From Azolla caroliniana (taxonomy: Eukaryota; Plantae; Polypodiophyta): a stretch of 64,000 nt of DNA. The stretch covers positions 4,774,001 through 4,838,000 of the forward strand of contig JBHGNT010000014.1 in NCBI GenBank assembly GCA_043228905.1, given 5' to 3'. The notes under the pieces were generated by a model, which saw nothing but the letters and a program-made list of their open reading frames with translations, was not told where the DNA came from and searched no databases. Positions 26,123 through 37,303 of this stretch are shown here, in pieces. Position 1 is the stretch's first letter, and each line of letters opens with the position of its first letter. Position numbers and translations under genes: made by a program.

Positions 26123-28142
26123 AAATGAAGACAAAGACAGATCAGAAAATGTAGAAGACTGTCACAGAGATGGAGACAAGGCTGGACAGCAAAGTCCAAC
26201 ATCAACAGAATGTTCTGGACCATCAAAAAGCTCAGATGGTAAATCTGATTCAAATTCATGGAGTGGAAAAACTGGACAGAAAAAATCTGATGACAAAAAA
26301 GGAAAACAGAAAATGCCAGAGTATGAAATCCCGGATGACCTATCAAAAAACATGGAAGATGAAGATTCAGATATGTCTTTGGATGATTTCCTTGGAATAC
26401 AGGAAATGAAAATCCCTGGTATGGAAAAGGCAATAAAGAATGCAAATCAGAAACTGAGAAGATCAGATAGAGAGAAAAAGACTGTGGAAAGATTTGGGTA
26501 TGATACATATATGGCTATGCACTATGCATATATGTCTAAGGTGGTACAGATCCCTGACCCAAACAGCTTTGAAGAAGCAAAATCTGAGAAGAAATGGATG
26601 GATGCAATGCAAGAAGAGATTGATGCATTGGCTGAGAACAAAACGTGGGATTTAGTGAAGTTACCAAAAAAGAAAAATGTGGTAGGCTGCAAATGGGTCT
26701 ACAAGACAAAGCATGACTCCAATGGGAATGTAAGTAGACATAAAGCAAGATTGGTTGCAAAAGGATATGCTCAGATGCAAGGGATTGATTATGATGAGAC
26801 TTTTGCACCGGTTGCAAAGATGGCAACCTTGAGAACACTACTTGCTGTAGGAGCAGCCAGAAAATGGATTTTGCATCACATGGATGTAAAAAATGCTTTT
26901 TTACATGGTAACTTGGAAGAAGAAGTGTATATGAGTCAACCACCAGGTTTTGAAGATAAGAAACATCCTGATTATGTATGTAAGCTGAAAAAAGCTCTCT
27001 ATGGACTGAAACAGGCACCAAGAGCATGGCACAGAGAACTTTCAGATTCTCTGAAAAATCTTGGTTTCAAAATGTCAAAAGCTGATCCTTCTTTGTATGT
27101 AAAAAGTGAAAATGATTGCATTGTTATTATTCTGATTTATGTAGATGATTTGATTATTGGAGGAGATTCCGTGGCTGAAATAAGAAAGTTGGAAAAAAAT
27201 CTGGAAATGCAGTTTCATATGAAAGATTTGGGAGATCTGAGATATTTTCTTGGTATTGAAATCATCAGATCTGAAAGTGGTATATGTATGTTGCAAAAAC
27301 AGTATGCAACAACTATGTTGAAAAAGTATGGTATGCTTGGATGCAAACCTATTGCTGTACCACTTGATAAAAACTGCAAGTTGAGGGCTGATTTGGGAGC
27401 CAAGATAGAAGATGTAAACATGTACAGGTCTATGGTGGGCAGCCTTATTTATTTGACTATAACAAGACCTGATTTGAGCTATGCTGTTGGATTAGTCAGC
27501 CAGTTTATGCAACAGCCAACAAAGCCACATTTGGACTGCATCAGAAGGATTCTGAGGTATGTAAAAGCAACTCAGAACTTTGGACTATTTTACAGGGCTG
27601 ATCTAGACATAAATCTGGAAGGATATACAGATGCTGATTGGGCTGGAAGCCAAACAGACAGGAGATCCACAAGTGGATACATGTTTACCTTGGGAAGTGC
27701 AGGAATTTCATGGAGTAGCAAGAAACAGGCTATTGTTGCATTGTCCAGTACAGAAGCTGAGTATAGAGGGGCTGCAATAGCCACATGTGAAGAAGTATGG
27801 ATCAGAAGACTGCTTGCTGATCTGGGAGTATATATAGATGGTGCTGTCACAATCTGGTGTGACAATATGAGCAGCATTCAGCTTGCAAAGAACCCAGTGT
27901 TCCATGCAAGAACAAAGCACATTGAGGTGCATTATCACTTTGTTAGAGAAAAAGTGATGGAAGGTGAAGTTGATCTGGTGTATGTGAATACAAATCAGCA
28001 GGTTGCTGATATCCTTACGAAGGGATTGAGTGTGGAAAAACATACACAGTTTCGGAACATGATGGGAGTTGTAAACATTGATGAGATGGCTAAAAAAAGC
28101 AAAATGGAAAAGAAGATTGAAGAGAACCTCAAGCAAGAATAA
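26123..28142 (+). CDS. Copia B polyprotein, 3' part (RT, RNase H)
   Basis: KARLVAKGY, MDVKNAFLHG, LYGLKQAPRAW, YVDD, YTDADW and RTKHIEVHYHF motifs. Joins 18470-20799 in frame once A3 and one TSD copy are removed (1449 aa). Confidence 0.9.
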
Positions 28143-29527
28143 GTTGAGCTTGAGGGGGAGTGTTGAGAAGCAAGCTCAACATGGTATGTGATGCTTATGA
28201 GAAATAAGCTATAGTAGCTATTTAGCTACTAGTGAACAAAAAGGTAAAACAGCTATTTAGCTAGTGACAGCTAATTAGCTAGTGAACAGCTATTTAGCGA
28301 CTGACAGCTAATTAGCTACTGGCAGCTAATTAGCTGCATGTGTAATAACTTATGACTTAGGTAAAAGTAAGTGACAGTGAATAGTAAGTAAGTAGTAAGA
28401 AAAAACAGAGAATAGAGAGTAGAGAACTCTGAGAGAGAGTGAGAGACCAGAAGACTGACGAGAGCAAGTTGAGCTCTACATGTAATAGAAGAAAACCATT
28501 TTGCTACTACAGAGGTAAGTCCCCTTTCCTTTCTCTGTCTGTTTAGAGCACGCTAACGATCCAGCACACTACGATCCGCCGCGCATACAAAAGAAGAGCC
28601 CGAGTGCCTTCTTCACGTTTTCTTAACATTGAGGACATAAGGACTTACTTGGTCGGAAACCGAAAGTTAGTCGGTAACCGAATGACACTCTATGAACTGA
28701 CCAAATTTGGACAAGAAACCGAACCAACCGAAGACGAAGAAGAAGAAGACCCCAAATCGGATTCAGATGAGGAGGAACCGGTAGTCGGATACCAAGGACG
28801 GAGATACCCTCTCAGAGAGAGAAGAGCACCACGGAGATTTCCGGATGCAGAGCACGTATTGTTGACCGATGAGAGGATGAGATGGATTCCCTGCATGAGA
28901 ACCACACATACGAACTAACGGAGAAAGAGAGCACTCCGGAAAAAGTGGGTGTACAACCTTAAACCAGGAGACGCCGAAAATCCACCAAGGTATAAGGCCC
29001 GGATCGTGGTGAAGGGCTTCCGACAGAAGAAAGGAGTGGACTTCGATGAGATCTTTGCCCCGGTAGTAAAGATGACATCCATCTAGACAGTGTTGAGCAT
29101 AAGACCAAGGATGGACCTCAAGGTTGAACAACTCGATGTTAAGACAACATTCCTCCACGGGCACCTCGAGGAGGAGATCTACATGTAGCAACCGGAAGGA
29201 TTGAGAAGAAAGGGAAGGAGCACCTAGTGTGCCAGTTGAAGAAGAGCTTATACGGGACTAAAGCAACCTCCCTAACAATGGTAACGGAAGTTTGACTCCT
29301 TCAATGATCGACCAAGGGTACCACAAGACGCAAGCCGACCACTGCACCCGACCAGATATCGAATATGCAGTCGGAGTGGTCAGCCGGTTCATGAGCAATC
29401 CGGGAAGAGAACACTAGAACGCAGTCAAGTGGATACTCTGGTACTTGAAAGAAACCTTGCATATGTGCCTCCAGTTCGGCTCAAGTCCACATCCGGATAC
29501 GTCATGACATATGCAGGGGGAGCAGTA

Positions 29528-32015
29528 TGTGAAAGTTAGCCTGCAGAAGCTTTGACAAGACCGGTTTAGCCGGGTAGCGACAGAGAATAAAACAGGTTCA
29601 ATGGAAGCTTGAGAGTACTTACCATACACGGGAGAGACAGAGAGAGAGCAGAACATAAAACTCAATTCAAAAAATAAAAATCCTCTGTACATAGAATATG
29701 CTCAGAGTGCCCTTTTATACAAGTCCATAAAGGTCTGACAGAAGTACTGACAAGTACTTCAATGCTCATACGAGCGACTGACACTTACTCCCAAAAATAT
29801 GCCTACGTACTAGGCTGGATCCGTAGGCCTCTAACGACCTACCAGTTTCAATCCGATCCGGCTCCTGGTTTCTCCATAGTCTCCACGATCGAGATAGCTA
29901 TTACGATTCTTGTATACACTTGTGCACTCCTTCCCTAGCCATGATACCCTTGAGCCGAACCCCAAAGGACTGACGATTTGGCATCATGCTACCCTAAATC
30001 GTTGACACTTTTGGCACGTCGGGTCGATCTATGACAAACATAGAAGAACATCGGGGAATGGATGTCGCCTAGCCGAAGAGGCAACAAAGAGACAAACCAG
30101 AGAGGTAAACCTCAAACACAGGCAAAGTTCCGACGGGCGGCATAGCTCGCCTTAGAAAAGTCACGCCTCAACACCTGCCTATCGGATCTCGACGAAAGCG
30201 TGTTCGAATCTTCGCTCACCAAGCACAACACAATAGGTCAGGAGGTTCTCTCCCCAATTCACCCGGTCATGGAGAGGACCAGTGGGAATACTTTTGAGAC
30301 CAACGTCACTCCGCTTCCGACGGAGCACGCCCACGATAGCATCGGACGTTACACGTGCGACACCATGGCATTCTCATATCCACGTTACAATGGTGAATCT
30401 GATGTCGAGGCCCATGTGAGCTCTTTTGTCAACACGTGGAATGCGAACCACGTTTCGTAGCGGCTACCTGAAGCCGAGGCCAATGTGTCCAAAATCGCGG
30501 AGTTTGGGCTTACTCTCGACGGACACGCAGCGCGGTGGCACTCGCAGCTCGACGTGATAATCGTCACAACTTTCAATCCGCTTCCCACTGTGTTCCTTCG
30601 CCTTTTTCATCGAAGTGTTCCGCAACGCGAAATCATTGGTCAGTTCTATTCCATTCGACAATTTAATTAGGAGTCCATTGTTGACTTTGTCATCTGCTTC
30701 CAAAACCTCCGTTGCCAACTCACATAGACACCCACCGAGGACGAGACTAAGGATACTTTTCTCGTTGCCTTGTGCAGACCCATGCGAACGATAGTGGGCA
30801 TGCTCGATTTCACAGGCCAAACGGCGAACACAGTCATCGACCGGGTTCTTCGGTTGGATATGGAGGATGCAGAGGAAGGCATATCCATGACATCCTTACG
30901 ACATGCATTACCACGGGATGACGAGTACAGGTTTTGACAAGCGGTTTAGTGCACCATCTGCCTCAATCTAGGATACTCGGTAGTCGAATGTAACATGCGG
31001 GTACACTACCCAATCTGCCACTCCAGGGCACATACTGTCGATCAATGCGAGTACAACCTTTTGAATCAACCCACAACACCGGTTCCGAGAATCGAACCGC
31101 AATGCAACGGTAGGTGGTCGAATGAGCGGGTTTGCCAGGATGAACACTATTGGAACGTGGAGCGCCCTCGTTACAATGAACATGCTTGTCGAGATGACGA
31201 CCACTACTGGGAAGATGAAGACAGAGATGAAGAGGACTATCGTTGCAATGATCAATACAACAATCGAAATGGGCAATGTTATGAGAATAGGCGCCCCACC
31301 AATAATAGAGGCGAGCAACCGAACCACGAGCGTACGGTGGCGATAAGAAACCTCGCAACCAGCAACCACATGATGGCAGTTCGGAGGAAGACCATCGTCG
31401 ACCACACAATAACAACTAATGTGATTATCATAGGAAATCCTACAACACGCGGTACTACCAATACCAACCGCGACATCACGACGAGCCTGAGACACAGCCC
31501 GAGCTAGTGGCTCCACCAATGCAAAAAGCGGTGAGTCCAATGTACGTTATTTTATCTGCCAGCAACCAAGGCATTACACGACTCAATGCCCATGACTTGA
31601 CAAGGGGAAGGGTCCAAAGGTCAATACGATCACTACGGAGGTCCAACAAGTGACCACCCGCAGCCACACAAAGGCAGTTGAGTGGGCAATCGAAGACGAC
31701 ATTTGTGAAGCCGAGAAAGCCTAGGTCGAAAAAGCCAATGAGGCAAACGTTGAATGAATGCGCCAGGATAGAATAGCCGAAGTGTCGTCATCACAAACAG
31801 AGGAAGTTGTTATAGACGATTACTCAATATGGCAAGTCCTCCGTGACTGCTAGATCACAATGACGATGAGTAAACTGTTAAACTTAGTCCCCAAATTTCG
31901 GCAAACAATGGAGCACAAATGCGTAAAGCGAACTAGGTAATTATTTCCGTAAATTTTATCGAACAGGACCGACAATGGTCAACCACCATAACCCAACTAT
32001 TAAGGTTATCCAACA
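29528..32015 (+). mobile_element. Degenerate Gypsy 5' half: putative LTR 29528-30007, PBS-like TGGCACGTCGG, decayed gag
   Basis: TG...CA segment followed by a TGG-starting PBS at 30012. Gag-like YPRYNGESDVEAHV, retrotransposon-gag helix motifs and CCHC knuckle CPICHSRAHTVDQC. Many stops. Confidence 0.6.
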
Positions 32016-32525
32016 TGTCATGAACTTTGATAACAGTCATATCAAGATCTGAACTCATGACCTCTTGTGTTATAATTGAGTGTTATGTGTTAACCAACAT
32101 GTCCAATATATAGTCATATATTATTATAGCTAAGTTAGCATCATGAGCATAATTGCTCCATTGTATTCACATGTGTACCTACATGCTCTAGTGTATCACA
32201 TGCACGCAACAGGCATGCATGCCACTTAGTATAAATATTTGAGTTCACCTTGAATGAATTCAAGGTGAACGACACCTGTTAATGGTGCTATCTCCTTTGC
32301 TTGTCAATTGTGTCTTGCTTGTCAATTGTGTCTTGCTTGTCAATCGCGTCTTTCTAGCGCCTTTAGGCTTGTCAATCACATCCTTGTATTATCCTTGTAG
32401 CTCCGATTCTTCTGTCCTTAACAATTTGTTCACCTTGCCCTCCTTCGATAACCACACCTCGAAAGTGTTGGGATTTCGGTCCCTCCGGATGGGATGTCCG
32501 GAGATGAATGACGGCAAGCCCGGTT

Positions 32526-32716
32526 CCGGTTACGGAGCCGGATGACGAAGACCCCGGCTACGGAGCCGGATGATGAAGACCCCGGTTACGGAGCCGGATG
32601 ATGAAGACCCCGGTTACGGAGCCGGATGATGAAGACCCCGGTTACGGAGCCGGATGATGAATACCCCGGCTACGGAGCCGGATGATGAAGACCCCGGTTA
32701 CGGAGCCGGATGACGA
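32526..32716 (+). repeat. 7 x 28-bp tandem repeat in LTR U3 (also about 37374-37564)
   Basis: Unit CCGGTTACGGAGCCGGATGATGAAGACC. TACGGAG recurs at 32531, 32559, 32587, 32615, 32643, 32671 and 32699. Confidence 0.9.
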
Positions 32717-33223
32717 ATGTACCCGGAGAGAGATCCGGATGCGGGGACATATTTATGAATATGTTTGCCAAGAGCCCTTGAGGCTATATTTGTAAATAGC
32801 CCGAAAGTCATATATGTATAAATATGACTTAGGGCAAACAGTTTTTGTTGTTGCTCATTTTATGTTTTCAGCCGAGAGAGCGAAGGGTGAGCAGCGGAGA
32901 GAGAGAGAGAGAGAGAGGAAGAGGTCGACGCCTCTGTGTATTACCGCCGCCTGTGGCGAAGACAGTGAACTCAAGGTCGTTGCCTTGAAGCTTCACCATT
33001 GTACATCCCTGTTCATAGTGATAGTTGGAGCTGTGCACTCCCGTGGTTTTTCCCGTTTAGGGTTTTCCACGTTATACCCTGTGTATTCGTCTCTCGTGTC
33101 GTTCTCTGTATTTCCTATTTTCTGCTGCATTGATCCGTGTTGTCTCGGTTGTGGCCGAGAGGCGAAAGATTTGATAGCGTCTAAGCTCAACAATCTGGTA
33201 TCAGAGCGACGGTAACACAGAAA

Positions 33224-36200
33224 ATGGAAGGCGACGGTAGTGGGCCTCCGGGCATGATGGTGCTGAACGCGCAGAACTACGCCGACTGGAAGATAAAGAT
33301 GGAGGATCTGCTCATTGTTCGGGACCTGTATGAACCGATCGACAGGTCGGAAATACCCAAGGGGGTACTTGAGACGGAGTGGAGGCTTCTGAACCGGAAA
33401 GCCGTTGCAACCATTCGGCAATACGTCGACGTGAGCGTTCTACAACACGTGGCGAACGACACCAACGCATATGAGATGTGGAGGAAGCTGTCGGGCCTCT
33501 ACGAGAGGAAGAATGCGTTGAACCGGACCTCCCTGATGAGAAAGATAGTGAACCTCAAGTACCGGGACGGCGAGAGTATGGTGGAACACGTAAGCACGTT
33601 CATGGGATTCGTGAACCAGCTTGCGGCGATCAAGTTCCCGTTGGAGGATGCAATGCAAGCCATCATCCTGATGTGTACATTGCCGGACAGCTGGGAGAAC
33701 TTGGTGGTGACTCTCAGCACCTCCTGCGCCGAAGATAACTTGTCCCTACAAACGGTAAAGACAAGTATTTTGAACGAAGAAGCGCGTCGGAGAGATAAAG
33801 AACCGGTCTCCGACTCGAAGGCGCTGCTTACCGAATCGGATCGGGGAAGACAATGGAACCGGAGTCCGCAAAGACGGGAGAAGTCGGGGACCCGGTCGCA
33901 GTCAAGAGGAAGGCCCACATGCTTCCACTGTGGGAAGCCGGGGCACTTCCGGAAGAATTGTCGGCATTACCGAAAGGACAACGGAGCCGACGACACCGAT
34001 TCGAAGAAGTCACCGGAGAGAAACGGTGCATACCGGGGAGCCACGGATCGGAGAGGTTCGGATCGGCGAGGGCAGGACCGGAAAGGAACGACGGCACTCG
34101 CGGCAAGTGAAGAAGAGATAATGCTCATTACCGAAGAGAGGGAGCTGAACCTTGCCGGTGAAGAGATGACCTGGGTGGTCGATTCCGGAGCGTCGTTCCA
34201 CCTGACCCCGGAGAAGAAATACTTCTCATCCTACACAGCCGGTGAGCACGGCTGTGTCCGGATGGGAAATGAAGGTACGTGCCGGATAGCCGGCATAGGA
34301 GACGTGTGGCTGATGACATCAACCGGATGCAAGATGCTGCTGAAGGATGTTCGACACGTTCCGGAGGTTCGATTGAATCTGATTTCAGCCGGGAGGCTAG
34401 ACGATGAAGGCTACACGGGTAGCATCCGGAACGGTGTCATGAAGTTCAGCAAAGGGAGCCTGATAGTTGCTCGGGCCCGGAAAGACAACACACTGTACCT
34501 GATGAATGCCCGGTTATATCCGGAAGAGCTGAATGTGGCAGCCGACACTGCCGGTGAGCTGTGGCACAAGAGACTGTGCCACATGAGTGAGAAGGGGATG
34601 AAGAGGCTTGCAGAAGACAACCTTATTCCGGTGAAGCATGTGCACCTGGAGAAGTGCACCGACTGTCTGGCCGGTAAGCAAAACCGGACCTCCTTCCACT
34701 CAAGGCCACCGACGAGACGTAGCGCACCATTGGAGTTGGTGCACACTGATGTGTGTCAGGTAGAAACGAAGTCACATGGCGGAGCCCAGTACTTCGTGAC
34801 TTTCATTGATGATCACAGCCGGAAGCTGTGGACGGCGCCGTTGAAGACAAAGGACCAAGTGTTGTTCGTCTTCAAAGAACTCCACGCGAGAGTGGAAAGG
34901 GAATCCGGCAAGAAGCTGAAAGCGATACGAGCGGATAACGGAGGGGAATACCGGGGGCAGTTCCAGGAGTACTGTCGCTCGAAGGGAATCCGGCTCGAGT
35001 TTACTGTGCCGAAGACGCCGGAACTGAACGGGCTGGCCGAGAGGATGAACCGGACCATAATGGAGAGGGTCCGGAGTATGCTGGCGCATGCGAAATTACC
35101 CAAGGGGTTTTGGGCTGAGGCAATGTCGACGGCGACATACGTGATAAACAGATCACCCTCAGTACCTTTGGACGGAGACACGCCGCAGAAAGTGTGGACC
35201 GGTAAGGAAGTATCCTACCGGCATCTGAAGGTGTTCGGGTGTCTCGCTTACGTGCATGTGGCAAAGGACCGGAGAGGAAAGTTAGATCCAAAGACCCGGC
35301 CATGCATATTCCTCGGTTACGGCAACGACGAGTTCGGCTACCGAGTATGGGACCCGGTCGACAAGAAGATATTCAGGAGTCGAGACATCATCTTCATGGA
35401 GGACAAGACACTCGCCGACTTGGAGTCTGAGAAGAAGATGAAGAGCTCCAAGTCGACCGGTGAGGATAAACTCTACGAGGAGCAGTCCCGACCGGCAAGG
35501 GACCGGTTAACACTCGAGGATCCGGCCGAAGACGGTGAAGAAACAGAACCGGCCGAAGAAGAAGATGAAAATGATACCGGAACCGGCCCCGATCCCGAAA
35601 TGGATTCGGATGAAGAAGAAGAATCGGAAGAACCGGTTACCGAAGCTCCCGAACGGAGATACCCTCTAAGAGAGAGAAGGGCCCCCCGGAGATTTCCGGA
35701 ACCAGAGCACGTGCTGCTAACCGACGAGGGGGAGCCGGAGAGCTTTGAAGAAGCAAAACATGACGCCCAGAGCCGCAGGTGGTTAAGCGCCATGCAGGAC
35801 GAGATGGATTCCCTGCATGAGAACCACACATATGAACTTGTGGAGTTGCCGAAAGGAAAGCGGGCACTTCGAAACAAGTGGGTGTTCAAGCTGAAACCGG
35901 GAGATGCCGGAAACCCCCCGAGATATAAAGCTAGGATCGTAGTGAAGGGGTTCCAGCAGAAGAAGGGCGTCGACTTCGACGAGATATTTGCCCCGGTAGT
36001 GAAGATGACCTCCATCCGGACGGTGCTGAGCATAGCGGCAAGCATGGACCTCGAGGTAGAACAGATGGACGTGAAGACGGCATTCCTTCACGGTGACCTC
36101 GAAGAAGAGATCTACATGCAGCAACCGGAAGGATTCGAGAAGAAAGGGAAGGAGCACCTGGTATGCCGGTTGAAGAAGAGCCTTTACGGACTGAAGCAGG

Positions 36201-37303
36201 CTCCCCGGCAATGGTACCGGAAGTTCGACTCCTTCATGACCGACGAAGGGTACCTCAAAACGCAGTCTGACCACTGCGTGTTTGTGAAGAAATTCGAAGG
36301 AGGAGACTTTCTAATACTCCTCCTGTACGTGGACGACATGTTGATCGTCGGACGGGACCAGGTCAAGATACGGATGCTGAAGAAGGCTCTTCATCGAACC
36401 TTCTCAATGAAGGACTTGGGTCCGGCGAGACAAATACTAGGGATGCACATCATCCGGGACCGGAGCAAGAAGCAGTTGTGGCTGTCACAGGAGAAGTACG
36501 TGACAAAGGTGCTTAAACGGTTCAACATGTCGGAAGCAAGACCGGTCGGATCGACCCTTCCGGCAAACTGCAAGTTGTCCAACAAGCAAAGTCCCAAGAC
36601 AAAGGCTGAAAAGGAGGATATGATGAAAGTGCCGTATGCCTCAGCCGTCGGGAGCTTGATGTACGCCATGGTGTGTACGAGACCGGACATAGGATATGCA
36701 GTCGGAGTGGTGAGCCGGTACATGAGCAATCCCGGCAAAGAGCATTGGAACGCGGTCAAGTGGATACTACGATACCTGAAAGGCACGGCAAACGTGTGCC
36801 TCCGATTCGGCTCCGGTAAGCCCGAACTCGACGGCTTTACCGATTCGGATATGTCGGCTGATGCAGATACCAGCCGGTCCACATCAGGGTATGTGATGAC
36901 CTATGCAGGGGGAGCCGTTTCGTGGCAGTCGAGGCTGCAGAAGACGGTTGCGTTGTCAACCACGGAGGCGGAGTACATGGCAGCTGTTGAAGCCGGCAAG
37001 GAAATAATATGGATGAAGGACTTCATTAGAGAGCTCGGGATCCGGCAGGAGGAGTACCGACTCTACTGCGATAGTCAGAGTGCCATCCACCTTGCAAAGA
37101 ACGCGGCCTACCATTCCCGGACGAAACACATCCAGCGTAGATACCACTGGATCCGGGAAAGGATAGAAGAAAAGGAGTTCGTGCTGACGAAGATCCACAC
37201 GGACGAGAACGGGTCGGATATGCTGACCAAGGTGCTCACACCCGACAAGCTGGAAGCATGCCGGAAGAGGATTGGATTGGAGAGACATCCCATGCCGAAG
37301 TGA
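33224..37303 (+). CDS. Copia Gag-Pol polyprotein, 1359 aa
   Basis: Gag, CFHCGKPGHFRKNC, VVDSGASFH, integrase HHCC/DDE, RT YVDD and RNase H motifs in Copia order. Confidence 0.97.
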   Translation: MEGDGSGPPGMMVLNAQNYADWKIKMEDLLIVRDLYEPIDRSEIPKGVLETEWRLLNRKAVATIRQYVDVSVLQHVANDTNAYEMWRKLSGLYERKNALNRTSLMRKIVNLKYRDGESMVEHVSTFMGFVNQLAAIKFPLEDAMQAIILMCTLPDSWENLVVTLSTSCAEDNLSLQTVKTSILNEEARRRDKEPVSDSKALLTESDRGRQWNRSPQRREKSGTRSQSRGRPTCFHCGKPGHFRKNCRHYRKDNGADDTDSKKSPERNGAYRGATDRRGSDRRGQDRKGTTALAASEEEIMLITEERELNLAGEEMTWVVDSGASFHLTPEKKYFSSYTAGEHGCVRMGNEGTCRIAGIGDVWLMTSTGCKMLLKDVRHVPEVRLNLISAGRLDDEGYTGSIRNGVMKFSKGSLIVARARKDNTLYLMNARLYPEELNVAADTAGELWHKRLCHMSEKGMKRLAEDNLIPVKHVHLEKCTDCLAGKQNRTSFHSRPPTRRSAPLELVHTDVCQVETKSHGGAQYFVTFIDDHSRKLWTAPLKTKDQVLFVFKELHARVERESGKKLKAIRADNGGEYRGQFQEYCRSKGIRLEFTVPKTPELNGLAERMNRTIMERVRSMLAHAKLPKGFWAEAMSTATYVINRSPSVPLDGDTPQKVWTGKEVSYRHLKVFGCLAYVHVAKDRRGKLDPKTRPCIFLGYGNDEFGYRVWDPVDKKIFRSRDIIFMEDKTLADLESEKKMKSSKSTGEDKLYEEQSRPARDRLTLEDPAEDGEETEPAEEEDENDTGTGPDPEMDSDEEEESEEPVTEAPERRYPLRERRAPRRFPEPEHVLLTDEGEPESFEEAKHDAQSRRWLSAMQDEMDSLHENHTYELVELPKGKRALRNKWVFKLKPGDAGNPPRYKARIVVKGFQQKKGVDFDEIFAPVVKMTSIRTVLSIAASMDLEVEQMDVKTAFLHGDLEEEIYMQQPEGFEKKGKEHLVCRLKKSLYGLKQAPRQWYRKFDSFMTDEGYLKTQSDHCVFVKKFEGGDFLILLLYVDDMLIVGRDQVKIRMLKKALHRTFSMKDLGPARQILGMHIIRDRSKKQLWLSQEKYVTKVLKRFNMSEARPVGSTLPANCKLSNKQSPKTKAEKEDMMKVPYASAVGSLMYAMVCTRPDIGYAVGVVSRYMSNPGKEHWNAVKWILRYLKGTANVCLRFGSGKPELDGFTDSDMSADADTSRSTSGYVMTYAGGAVSWQSRLQKTVALSTTEAEYMAAVEAGKEIIWMKDFIRELGIRQEEYRLYCDSQSAIHLAKNAAYHSRTKHIQRRYHWIRERIEEKEFVLTKIHTDENGSDMLTKVLTPDKLEACRKRIGLERHPMPK

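Larger units (their letters stand above)
17855..28628 (+). mobile_element. Copia family B, full length, interrupted by Copia A3
   Basis: 468-bp LTRs 17855-18322 and 28161-28628 (one difference seen), TSD TTGAG, PBS 18323-18334 and PPT GAGGGGGAG 28152-28160. Confidence 0.95.
4802..29527 (+). mobile_element. Degenerate Tnt1/Tork-like Copia A1, host of a multi-layer nest (own segments 4802-6472, 10676-10908, 17796-17854, 28629-29527)
   Basis: LTR 4802-5315 and PBS TGGTATCAGAGC 5319-5330 precede gag. Integrase stops at SPSAPLEGD (6472), resumes at RVWTGK (10676), at WESEKKM (17796) and again at RRYPLRERRAPRRFP and RT (28629 onward). Collinear with the intact polyprotein at 33224-37303. Confidence 0.8.

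Noticed and set aside
25857-28142. 761-aa ORF as an independent host gene
   Set aside because: It is a chimera of antisense LTR sequence and the Copia B RT-RH, explained by the TGTCA TSD.
32526-32716. 28-bp repeats as a CRISPR array
   Set aside because: Units are head-to-tail with no unique spacers, lie inside both LTRs of a retrotransposon, and no cas genes are present.
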